A stretch of 38,569 bases of DNA from Octopus bimaculoides (GCF_001194135.2 NC_068981.1:181368617-181407185), one strand, 5' to 3'; numbered from the stretch's first letter, positions 24,687-37,144 are shown. The notes: generated by a model not told the origin, from the sequence alone. Numbers and translations are program-made.

Positions 24687-25085
24687 TATAGAAGTTGGGT
24701 GAGAATGAACTGTTAATATTTTTTTAGTTTATGAAGTTGATCGATTTTATATTGTTAAATAGGTTATTTATATACATGATCTGACGGAAAGTGATTCAGC
24801 AATTTTATTTGTCATTTAATTCAAATGTGTAAGACAGTTCAAAATGTGAATGGGCAAACGGCTGATTCAGTTTGAGATTCTTTCAACAATATTAAGATAG
24901 GAAGAGTTAAAAAATGGACAGCTGTTCAAACTGCTAGGAGCCAAATGAGGAAGAGAAAAAAATTTTCTTGATTTTTATTTTATATAGTTAAAATGGCTAC
25001 CAGAATACATGTAGCTGATTGGTCCTTTTAAAACAGGTGAAAAACTGAAAATGTCACCTATTGTAATGAAAGAATTGCTATACAT

Positions 25086-25310
25086 TTAACCTTTAAGCAT
25101 ATAAATTGTCCATATCCAGCCCAAAGAATCTACCTGTTTTATGTTCAAAATAACCAAATCCAGCCTTCTCTAACTTACCTACAATGTCATTCTAGAAATA
25201 GACAAGCACGTCATTGAAATCTCAATGCTACAAGATAATACATGATTAATTCTATACAATGTGAATAAATAAGCATTACATTTGGCAGTAATTTGAATGC
25301 TAAAAGGTAA
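25086..25310 (-). mobile_element. MITE P1
   Basis: TTAACCTTTAAGCAT...ATGCTAAAAGGTAA; reverse complement of the 16476 copy. Confidence 0.65.
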
Positions 25311-25713
25311 AGGATACAAAAAACAGGAAGTATGATGACACAGTGTGCAGTGAAGAGTTGAAAGATTATTAGTTAAGCCGAATGGGGGTAATTGTGGTTT
25401 CCATGTGTGCATGATACTAGGAAGTTTACCTGCTTTCTTTGATAATCAGGTAAATAGTTGTTGCTATTCCCTCCTTCCTTGAGACTGATTATTCATCCAA
25501 ACTATATTGTGTCAGTGTATGAGACATTGTTAATCTATGTTGCTTCATTCATGTAGGAAGGTGAAAACATTTACTGCTTAAAATATTGAACCTGGGTAAA
25601 CTTTCATTTTCACCAAATGAACAAATCTTCTTTTTGACACTGATTCATTTAGAACTACTGCAAAGGAGAGACTTTTGCTATATTGTTCAATATTGAATTT
25701 ATTGATTTCATTG

Positions 25714-25959
25714 TTTACTCTTTTACTTGTTTTAGTCATTTGAATGCGGCCATGCTGGAGCACCGCCTTTTTAGTCGAGCAAATCGACCCCAGGACTTAT
25801 TCTTTGTTAGCCTAGTACTTATTCTATCAGTCCGTTTTGCCGAACCGCTAAGTTACAGGGACCTAAACACACCAGCATCGGTTGTCAAGCGATGTTGGGG
25901 GGACAAACACAGACACACATATATATACATATACATACGACGGGCTTCTTTCAGTTACC
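25714..25959 (-). mobile_element. 5'-truncated family A SINE with many CpGs retained
   Basis: Close match to 19241-19505. Confidence 0.85.
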
Positions 25960-27976
25960 TATCATAGAATTTTCTGCCACATCCTGCCTCTAGTGAGGTT
26001 AGGCAGGTTGTAACAGTGTAGCTAGGGTTTGATCAATTTTTTTCCAGTTACCATCATGGTTTGGACCAGTACAAACTGTGTATTTGATGTTGAATCGGGA
26101 GGGGTTTTTGCAGCACCCTATAACTTACTCTAACATTTATTTTATTGGTCTTGTAAGAGATAAAATAGATAAGTCCACCCTGACATAAAGGAATTTAATG
26201 TGAACTAAATACAAGATATTCTTTAGCTATACACTAATTTTTGTTTCACCATCCTTTGCAAATATACACCCTGCCACAAACATAATTTACATCTGCTTTG
26301 CCATATTGACATGGGTTAAATGAGTTGTTACAGTTAGAGTAAGTTCCTATTGAGAATCATTCCATCTTAAACACATTGCGAACTACATGTTGCTTGTATG
26401 TTTCCTATGGTGGTATGTTTTCTATGACTGGGTGGCCTTCATATCACCAATGTTACAAGGCGTACAAGGAGCATTTTATCATATCACCAGTACCAGAGAG
26501 GTGGTCTTGGTCCTAGCAAGACTAAAAAGTCTTCTGTTTAGTCTCCATTCCAGGTACTGCCTCCGTTCATTTAACAGGGTGTTCTGGGTGCATGCACCAA
26601 CCACTTTACAGTATGTACTGGAAGCATTTTATCATGGCACCAGCACTAATATACATATTTAATACATGCATATACACATATACAATAAATATATGCATGC
26701 ATATACACACATACAATAAATAGTTTGACTAACAAGATGGTGAACCTGACAAGATGGTATGACTGCCCAAAGTACTGCACAGTAGGGATAAACCTAGGTT
26801 GCAAAGTGAAGTCCTAAACCCCATGGATATGAACTGACCATATGAAAAAGCACAATAGGGAAAACTAGAAATGGTCTTTTTATTTTTTTAAAAAATAAAA
26901 TATATGTGTTTGTAAGATGGAATACCCAGTCAATAAAAAGTGCATAAAATGTGGTATTTACAGCAGATTGTTAACAGATTTAAAATAGATAAACCTGTAA
27001 TAAAACAAGTCTCTAGAAAGGCTAGATGCCGTAGTCTGATCATTCAGCTATATAACAGCATAGATAGGTGATCCTTAATATCGTGAGCTGTTCCCTGTCC
27101 TCGCCAAAAAGCTTTTATACGGCTGCCTTAATTGACTTCATGTCAAAGAGCTATAAATCAGTTGCTCAAAACGAATTGTAGCAGTTTAGCTCATCTGTTA
27201 ACATAAGAGCAATTATAATAAATGTAATGAATAGTAAATTGGTAATTTTCTTATAATAGTTAAAATTATATTGTCATCTTAAATATACAATCTTGATTGC
27301 AATAAGATTAAAGATGGCCATTATATTTGGTGATATGAACTAAAATTGTAACAATGAAACTTGAATTGTTTTAATAAAGCATTATTCTTTGAAGGCCATT
27401 TGCTTTCTATTTGGGGATTATTGTCTACCTGACGCCACAAGAAATCACCTGCCTGGCTACTTACTATAATTAACCATTTTGAAGCAGTGTACAATAATCT
27501 GAGAGACTGTTTATTTTTGCTGTTGTGATTAGAAACCATTACCATTGTTATTAATTCATTGTGTGTTTGTTAGTTACCGTAAATATTGCCCTGGCACAAA
27601 TGCTGGAGTTCTGGCTGTCTAAAATGCAAATAAAAGTTTTGAATTCATCAAATGAATTGCAGTGACATGATGTGCGATTGCCTATCATTTTAGAAATGTA
27701 TTTCATTGCAAATATTTAGTAAGTTTTAACAATAAGTTTTAACAATAAATGACGAAAATAACACATTGCAATTGACCACAAATAGCTCAGAAATGAAATG
27801 AAAAAGAAACAGCAAGTTGAGATATTCATGTCTTTCACAAGAGTATTAGCATTATAAATATTGTAAATCAATAATTTCAACTAAGAATCGAAGCCCAGTT
27901 TGCCAATTCGGTTCGAAGAGAATTTACCGCTGCACAATGCAAGTAACTTCTAATAATTATAGGTAGTAAGCAAAAT

Positions 27977-27983
27977 ACTTACA
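27977..27983 (-). other. 5' splice donor T|GTAAGT of the SLC46 exon
   Basis: Consensus GTAAGT at the point where SLC46-like protein sequence stops. Confidence 0.85.
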
Positions 27984-29054
27984 GAAATAGAGAACGGCTT
28001 CACTTTGTATGACTCCAATCCATAAAGTTCCGGCAGCTTTCGATACAAGTCCGACAGCAGCAATAGTTGTATCCGATACATGGTAACGTAAAAACGGTAC
28101 TGCTAGAACTGTTCCCAAAGCTGAACAGGCCATTCCAACCGATAGAAAGATACCGATTTTAACCGATGGCCATACAAACGGTTTGCCGAGTAGATAAAGT
28201 ACCAATGTGTTAAGTTGTCCAATGTGAACCATGGCGTACGTCTGGAAAGCAAGGATGGCAAACCATATCTTCAACAAAGCGGCATCTTTGCATTTGAATA
28301 ATTTTAATAGCGGTTGGAATGTGTCATAGCAACAGTTTTCAGTGGAAGGTTCAGTGCGGCGTGCTGTCTGTATTTCTTCTACGCCGAACACGACCAGAAA
28401 GACGGAAAATAAAGATAGGCAAAATGTAAACCAGAAGGGTTGGAGAAACCCAGAGTAATGAACCCAAACGCCCACAACAATGTTTCCTATTGCATAAGTA
28501 GCGCCATTAATAAATTCTTGCACAGCAAGACGTGATGATCGATTTTCTGGGGCTACTGAATTTATCGCATAAAAAGAAGATCCAGCCATTAAAGACACAG
28601 AACTGCCACTAAGTCCTCGTAGGGCTGACGCCATGAAAAGTCCATCAATATTCCAGCCTGTATATAAAATGAGGATGTAGAGTAAAGAGTAAGCAGTAAT
28701 TCCTAAGGTTGGTAAAACAATCATGATCTTGCGTCGACCTGTACGATCGCCAACAGCTCCCAGAATAATGACAGATACAACTGCTGGGAGACCCTCAGCG
28801 ATCTGAAGACTAAGAATGGATATAGCACTTTCCTCTTGAGCTGAAGTGCTCGGAGTTGTTATATTATCTGTATTTGGTGGATGGAAGTTGCCACTATAAC
28901 TGTTGCCTTTCTTAAAATCCGATGTATCAAGGTGGTATTTTTTAGAGATTTCAGCTTGAACGTATTCTTGAAAAAGTGGTAAAGTCATGTGCCAAGAGAG
29001 GAAAAAACATGTATAAACCATTTCGACGACATAGGAACGCAGTTCACCCCACAT
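27983..29054 (-). CDS. First coding exon of an SLC46-family MFS transporter (proton-coupled folate transporter / SLC46A3-like), about TM1-TM9; the C-terminal exons were not found
   Basis: Open frame from ATG at 29054 with many hydrophobic helices. It contains MFS motif A (LGAVGDRTGRRK), SLC46-like RSSRLAVQE, and VHIGQLNTLVLYLLGKPFVWPSVKIG, which aligns by eye with human PCFT [26 protein letters not shown]. The exon ends TTC T|GTAAGT (intron GT at 27982-27981, phase 1). The last 8 aa of the listed ORF (CKYFAYYL) are intron read-through. An in-frame TAA lies upstream of the ATG. Orthology within SLC46 cannot be resolved, so no symbol is given. Confidence 0.9.
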
Positions 29055-29095
29055 TGTTAAGCTTTTTTTTTTTTAATATCTTTGAAACGTTTCTT

Positions 29096-29135
29096 CTAAA
29101 TTAATAAAGAAAATAGATTATTAAAAGAAAACTAT
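29096..29135 (-). other. Probable 3' splice acceptor (pyrimidine tract + TTTAG) 41 nt upstream of the ATG, implying a non-coding upstream exon
   Basis: The minus strand reads ...ttttcttttaataatctattttctttattaatttAG|aagaaacg, with AG at 29097-29096. Confidence 0.55.
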
Positions 29136-30315
29136 TACTTGAATACAAAAAGATATGTGCGTCCGATAATGTCTTTTATGTTTTGCTTTTTTATAAATAC
29201 ATAAATATATATTCACAGTAGATCATTCTGTTTAAGTCATAAATACCTTGTTTTCTGAAGAAAACTGGGTACAACTTGTTTTTGAGAGACAGAGACGGTA
29301 TAATGAAATATATTTCGTCGGAAAAATACAGCTGTTTTCATGTGCTAAATTAAAACCAGTCTGTTCGGGATTATTTTGCGTATGTTTATTTATAAAGTAT
29401 TGTTTATCAAGAAGATTAACGGATGAAATTTCGCCAGCAATGAGTGCCACTTATAAAATCCTCGCATTTCACGAACATCTGAGCAATGGTTTCTTTTTCT
29501 TTAAATATAACTCCGGCATATATTATTTCTAAGAACGAAAGATAATCTGAATATTTATTATAATTAAGAGAATTATTTTAATAAGAAAATAGCTGACAGT
29601 AAAGGTTGTTTTTTTTATATCGTTTATGTTAAAAACAAAATATTGTAAGAAAAAGGTGAGACGACGGAGAATTACTCCTGAAATTTATTTCAATTTTACC
29701 TGAGTCATCAAAAAACTTGAATTTTAAGGCGCAGCCACGATTCCAGCCAGTCCTTATTCAGTAAGCAGAAATATTTGGCGGCAGGTAAAGAAGACAATAA
29801 AAGCTTAAAGATTGTCACGTCTCGAAGTTGCTGTTACGCGCACCTTGTCTTTTCACATACACGAAAGAACAGCTACTTGTTTCTTCCACAAATCAAGTAA
29901 CTACAACAATGTCAGATTATCTATATCCAGTTGAATAAAAAATGAATTATCAACACATACCAACAGAAACTGAGAATATTAAATATATATATACATGTAT
30001 GGGTATGTATCTGCACTTAGATGCGCATCATCCGAAAATCAGAATATGTTTTGTTGGTAAATTAATTATAAATTATTGTTATTTTCTTTCTTTTTCGGTC
30101 GAAATGTTTATTTCCCATTAGTTGTACTGCTTTAATGTTTCATCTCTCGTTTATCACAGCAAATAATCAGATGAGGCTGGTATATTCCGTCTAGGGGAAC
30201 CGCGTGTCATGTCACTAGCTTTCACTCCACTCAGACTCCGTGTTTATCTTGATCGTTGCACTGATAAAACGGACATGACCTGAACTATCAGCAACATTAT
30301 TGTACAAGTTCATTT

Positions 30316-30368
30316 ACTTCCGGGTCCTGGCTGCTGCCACGACTACCATCTCTTATATCTTATAAAAG
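30316..30368. promoter_or_regulatory. Candidate promoter motifs: ETS-type ACTTCCGG (30316-30323) and TATAAAAG (30361-30368, + strand)
   Basis: Motif matches only, inside the CpG-retaining region upstream of the SLC46 exon; short motifs can occur by chance. Confidence 0.25.
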
Positions 30369-31005
30369 CACTACCAATCGCCTATATCATCACACGCAGC
30401 TAATTCATCATCATTACTATGCTATTTCCACTGCTTCTACAAAAACACGCGTCGTGGTTATGTAGCGGCTCACTCCACACAGAGAAAGAAAATAAGCTGC
30501 CTCACTACCATTTTGTTTATTACAAAACGAAACCAAAAATAAAAACATCTTCGTGTGAACTTACTGACGTATATTCAGAAATAAAATTACATGTTTTTGT
30601 AAGGGTGTCTCTACGCCGTAGTTCGACCAGCTAGAAATAGCAGCAAAGTCTCCCTCAGATCACATACTATCGTCTTGAAGGGGCAGAAATATATAGGTTA
30701 ATGTAGTGCTAGATGCATAACAGTTCAAAAGAAAAGTCGAGGTGGGCACAGTTTGAATACTTTTGATTATAGGTTTGCTCAATTGTGGTTACTCTGGGTT
30801 TTAAAAAATCACGACATTATGAGTATTAGAGAAATAGTTGTAATCGTCACAATTATGAGGTAAACATTAATAGACAGAAAATAAACGTCTCAATAAAACA
30901 GGGGGTCTCGTAGTTGCTTTCAACATGACACTTACATAGCTTTCCAATAATTCACACATACACACACACCAACATATTGCTCTCACACTCTCTCTCTCTA
31001 TATAT

Positions 31006-31075
31006 ATATAGTGGAGTAGGCTGGTTTAAGGGGTTACCCCAAGGTAACCCCATAAACCGGCCTACCCCACTATAT
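31006..31075. repeat. 70-nt inverted repeat (33-bp arms, 4-nt loop)
   Basis: 30 Watson-Crick pairs, 1 G-T wobble and 2 mismatches. Confidence 0.9.
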
Positions 31076-31139
31076 TATTAACTGCTCTACATCTTAGAGT
31101 GTGCTTCTCCTCCGGATTTATGTATTTCTACAAACGATC

Positions 31140-31142
<3 letters not shown>

Positions 31143-31214
<72 letters not shown>
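31143..31214. repeat. (TC)15(TA)11(GA)10 compound microsatellite
   Basis: Seen directly. Confidence 0.95.
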
Positions 31215-31653
31215 TGAGGTATTTAGTTGTGTATAAGTCGTACAATTTTACACTTGATTTTAACAGGAAAAAACCACTGGGGCGCGATTGAAACACAAGT
31301 AAATACGATGTGTGTGTGCGCGTGTTCAACCCGTGGCCAGAGCGGTGTTTGACAGGTAAAGGCGAACACACTCTGCGTTTTCATTCGTGCAAGTACAATT
31401 ATTATCAAAATATTTATTTTAATTTCGCTTATTACAAATTACACAGCTAACGGTTGATCAATTTTAATTATTGAAAACGTAATTATTTGCGGGAGAATTA
31501 ACTGTTATTTCGCGTATGTCGAGTTACCACATAGAAGTCTTGCTCCTTGGTTCATATATGCATAAATACATGAATAACACAGAAAAGGAAAATTTAGATG
31601 TTCTGTTTAATGTTTACCTCTTTGAGGTCTCGCTGGCTGGTTTACACACACAC

Positions 31654-31688
<35 letters not shown>

Positions 31689-31813
31689 NNNNNNNNNNAC
31701 ACACACACACACACACACACACACACAACAGCAGGTATAATTTCAGGGATTTTCACAACTGCCTCTAGCAGGTCGTACCACTACATAAATGCCCACTTTA
31801 TTTACTCATGTAC

Positions 31814-32200
31814 TCATCATAATCATCATTATCATCATCGTTTAACGTCCGCTTTCCATGCTAGCATGGGTTGGACGATTTGACTGAGGACTGGTGAAAC
31901 TAGATGGCTACACCAGGCTCCAATCTGATTTGGCAGAGTTTCTACAACTGGATGCCTTTCCTAATGCCAACCACTACAAGAGTGTAGTGGGTGCTTTTAC
32001 TTGCCACTGGCACGAAGGCCAGTCAGGCGGTACTGGCAATGGCCACGCTCAAAATGGTGTATTTTACGTGCCACCTGCACAGGAGCCAGTTCGGCAGCAC
32101 TGGCAACGATCTCGCTCGAATGTCTTTACACGTGCCATCTGGCACAAGTGCCAGGGAGGCGATGCTGGGCACAGGTGCTATGACGATTTCGCTTTCGCTT
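31814..32200 (-). mobile_element. RTE LINE 3' UTR/tail running into a gap
   Basis: Nearly identical to 19993-20229 and similar to 5897-6300; (CAT)n tail on the + strand. Confidence 0.85.
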
Positions 32201-33699
32201 NNNNNNNNNNNNNNNNNNNNNNNNNNNNNNNNNNNNNNNNNNNNNNNNNNNNNNNNNNNNNNNNNNNNNNNNNNNNNNNNNNNNNNNNNNNNNNNNNNNN
32301 NNNNNNNNNNNNNNNNNNNNNNNNNNNNNNNNNNNNNNNNNNNNNNNNNNNNNNNNNNNNNNNNNNNNNNNNNNNNNNNNNNNNNNNNNNNNNNNNNNNN
32401 NNNNNNNNNNNNNNNNNNNNNNNNNNNNNNNNNNNNNNNNNNNNNNNNNNNNNNNNNNNNNNNNNNNNNNNNNNNNNNNNNNNNNNNNNNNNNNNNNNNN
32501 NNNNNNNNNNNNNNNNNNNNNNNNNNNNNNNNNNNNNNNNNNNNNNNNNNNNNNNNNNNNNNNNNNNNNNNNNNNNNNNNNNNNNNNNNNNNNNNNNNNN
32601 NNNNNNNNNNNNNNNNNNNNNNNNNNNNNNNNNNNNNNNNNNNNNNNNNNNNNNNNNNNNNNNNNNNNNNNNNNNNNNNNNNNNNNNNNNNNNNNNNNNN
32701 NNNNNNNNNNNNNNNNNNNNNNNNNNNNNNNNNNNNNNNNNNNNNNNNNNNNNNNNNNNNNNNNNNNNNNNNNNNNNNNNNNNNNNNNNNNNNNNNNNNN
32801 NNNNNNNNNNNNNNNNNNNNNNNNNNNNNNNNNNNNNNNNNNNNNNNNNNNNNNNNNNNNNNNNNNNNNNNNNNNNNNNNNNNNNNNNNNNNNNNNNNNN
32901 NNNNNNNNNNNNNNNNNNNNNNNNNNNNNNNNNNNNNNNNNNNNNNNNNNNNNNNNNNNNNNNNNNNNNNNNNNNNNNNNNNNNNNNNNNNNNNNNNNNN
33001 NNNNNNNNNNNNNNNNNNNNNNNNNNNNNNNNNNNNNNNNNNNNNNNNNNNNNNNNNNNNNNNNNNNNNNNNNNNNNNNNNNNNNNNNNNCATTCACACT
33101 CTCACACAGACATACATCTTTAACGCCACAATAAATATCTCTGTTATACATCTAATACGGTTGTGGTCTTTCATTGCTGGTCATCTATGTTATCGTCGCA
33201 TAACATATCATGTATATCATCACCTGATATATATATTTTTGTGTTCGACCGTGCGACGCGTTTAAATAAAAGGAGTCCTCTGTTTTTCCATTCGTCACCA
33301 TTTCTCCTTTTATGAGTTCGCACGGTCGTCCCTTACATATATATATATATATATATATACTTACATAAGATAGTAGGTATGATTTAAGAGGGATTTCACT
33401 ACGATTTCTAACAGTTCTACCTAGCACATGCTGTTTCTCTCAATCTCTCTCTCTTTATCTATCTATCTATCTATAACTGTTGATGATGGTGATATGTGTC
33501 AGCATTGAAAGCAGACATTAAGCAATGATGATGATGATGATGATGATATATATATATATATATATATCAATCCCTGTATATTAATGCATGTGAAATGTGT
33601 CACTTGTTTTGAAGACTATATCAGTTAATTATGTTATGAGTTCCATACACACATTTCCTTATAAGTGCTTTATCTCAATAAAAGCCAGGAATCGGATAA

Positions 33700-34612
<913 letters not shown>

Positions 34613-34614
34613 AC

Positions 34615-34780
34615 CACTCTCTGAGTGGTTGGCGTTAGGAAGGGCATCCAGCTGTAGAAACTCTGCCAAATCAGACTGGAGCCTGGTGTTGCCATCCGGT
34701 TTCACCAGTCCTCAGTCAAATCGTCCAACCCATGCTAGCATGGAAAGCGGACGTTAAACGACGATGATGATGATGATGAT
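34615..34780 (+). mobile_element. Short RTE-tail insertion with (GAT)n
   Basis: 34615-34761 is identical by eye to the reverse complement of 20011-20157. Confidence 0.9.
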
Positions 34781-34958
34781 ACATGCTTATATCTAAGCTT
34801 AGGCTGCCCTACATATTCTTAGATATATCACACATTGCTTTTGAATGGTGATTTATGGGTTGTGTCCCTGAAGCAATTCCATTTTCCTCAACCAACCAAT
34901 GCACAGTCTTCTGAATTTACTTAATAATCCTTTAACACTACTATGACAAGCTTGGTGA

Positions 34959-35014
34959 AGACTACGCTTTGCTGATGAGGATAGAATAATACCCAAACCA
35001 GTCTAGAGTTGTCT
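34959..35014 (+). ncRNA. Degenerate type I minimal hammerhead motif
   Basis: CTGATGA (34972-34978), then GGATA-gaataa-TACCC (4 of 5 pairs), then AAAC-CA-GTC. This differs from the GAAAC-CG-GTC minimal hammerhead pattern by a missing G12 and CG>CA. Stem I is wobble-rich. Confidence 0.45.
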
Positions 35015-35974
35015 CCTTTACTTGCTGTAAACATGAAAGTAATATTCTTTTCTACTCTAGGCAAAAGGCCCAGAATTTTTGGGGAGGGGGGGCAGTCGAT
35101 TAGATTGGCCTCAGTATGCAACTGGAACTTAATTTATCGACCCCGAAACGATGAAAGGCAAAGTCAACCTGTGCGGAATGAAAGTAATATTAGGAATTGA
35201 TTCATATTGTTTTTTTCTTCACTGAATAAGTATTTTTAATTAACCTTTTTTAATACTCCCTGCAGAAGAACAATTCTGATATACCAGATCTACTCCTATA
35301 CATGCATCTATACAAGATGTAGTGTGATGGAGGAAAAAGACAACAGAAAAAGAAGCAAAAGGGAGAAAGAAATATAGAGACCTTACTTGTTGACCATGGC
35401 GGGATCAGCGATCACTGACCATATAAAAAAACACGACCTTTCACACACGCCATCTCTCATCGAACTGCCCGCACGTGATCTGTGTCCGCGCATGCCCCCC
35501 CGTGGCTCTTCCACTGGCCCCTGCAGTCTTCACTTCCATTTACCTAATCTGCAATCCGCTCCACCAGCACCACATAGCTCATCGCAGTCCATAACACTAC
35601 AAACACCACACAAGAAATGAAAAGGACAGCTCTGTCCACCTCACTTCTTCCCAAGGACTTATTCCAGAGACAGAGCCAGGAAATAAGTCTAAAATTAGCA
35701 AGCATTAATGTTAATGGTGGTGCCCCAGCATGGCCACTACCTCTGGTTGAAACCAATAATAGAATATGGAATAAGACAGAATTAAGAAATTAAATGGATT
35801 TCTTTCTAAGGAGTCAAATACTTGAACACTTACACAGCTCCTATTATTGTACCAATCTGTTTATATACATGATATTCCAACTATATACAAAAAGAAAGTT
35901 TGGGCCACAGTCTAAATTACTACCTGCCCATATAGTTTTTTGTAGCATTAACAAAAAGCCACAAATTTTGAGAC

Positions 35975-36006
<32 letters not shown>

Positions 36007-36129
36007 ATCTATAGATTTTGATACGCTACCAAAATATTTGAAAAGAAATACTCCTACAAATTTAGAGAACAGATCACAAATTTTTAGTTGAACAGTTACT
36101 TATTTGTGTTACTTGGCAGCCTCACAAGT

Positions 36130-36445
36130 GCTCACGTCCCTGTAACTTAACAGTTCGGCAAAAGAGACTGATAGAATAAGTACTAGGCTTACAAAGTGTA
36201 AGTCTTGGGGTCGATTTGTTTGACTAGAGGCGGTGCTCCAGCATGGCTGCAGTCAAATGACTGAATCAAATAAAAGAACACATATGTATGTATGATGGAC
36301 TTCCATATAGTTTGTGTTTACTAATTCCACTCACAGAGCATTGAATTTATAGAAGACACTTACCCACAGTGCCTTGCAGCGGGATTAAACCTGAAACCTT
36401 GTGATTGAAAAAACAAACCTTTTAACCACACAGCCATGCTTGCTC
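36130..36445. mobile_element. Family A 3' part (+, about 36130-36280) next to a family A head fragment (-, about 36293-36445)
   Basis: Both parts align with 17450-17894, in opposite orientations. Confidence 0.7.
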
Positions 36446-37144
36446 CTGGTTATTCCAATATTTCAGATTTTGAGCTAATTTCAACACTGTAAAAAATTAA
36501 ACATTATAATAGTTTACTACTGTGCTCTAACTAGCCAATAAAACTCAAACATAAGACAATTACAAAGCCACAATAGCATTTAACAATTTTTTATGAAGAT
36601 ATTTGGCAACTCATGAAGCACAAACAATGAAATGCTGGACATTACTGTGTATCATATATTGCCAACATTTTTTTATTTGCATATAAAATATACATTATTA
36701 AAGTTAATTTTTGGCAGTTCTTATAGCCCTACTGCACCTGCATAGACATGTTTGCTTTTGTCAGCTACAATAAATGTGCATTTATATGAGATGGCTATGG
36801 CAGCAATTAACATAGTAAATTGTAAAATACTTTTTTTCAGTTAATTTCATCGATATGATGCCACTAAAGTAAATTATGATCACAAGGGACCCATAGACAA
36901 TGGGTTGAAATAATTGCTGCTATCATAGTTACAAGGCCTGAAATTTTGAGGGAAGATGTCTAGTCAATTAAACTGACTCCAGAACTTGATTGGTAATTTC
37001 TTTTATCAACTCCAGAGGAATGAAAGGTAAAGTTGATCTCAACAGGTTTTGAATTCAGAGCTGGAAGAAATACAAGACATTTTGTCCAGTGCTCTAACCA
37101 TTCTGCCAATCTGTCATCCAACCTCTGGTTTAAACTCCATAGTT

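Noticed and set aside
24840-24925. Minus-strand open stretch SVHFLTLPILILLKESQ… as a possible SLC46 exon
   Set aside because: The acceptor is weak, the R/SK/EQG motif is absent, and it runs into a stop.
27578-27618. 41-bp candidate next exon (ttttag|ACAGCC…TTTACG|gtaact) giving YSQNSSICARAIFT
   Set aside because: The splice sites look plausible, but the peptide is polar and unlike SLC46 TM10, and the length and end phase do not match the 84-nt phase 1-1 human exon.
27957-27982. Treating the listed 365-aa ORF as a complete single-exon gene
   Set aside because: It would lack the last MFS helices, and a consensus donor lies at the conserved intron position.
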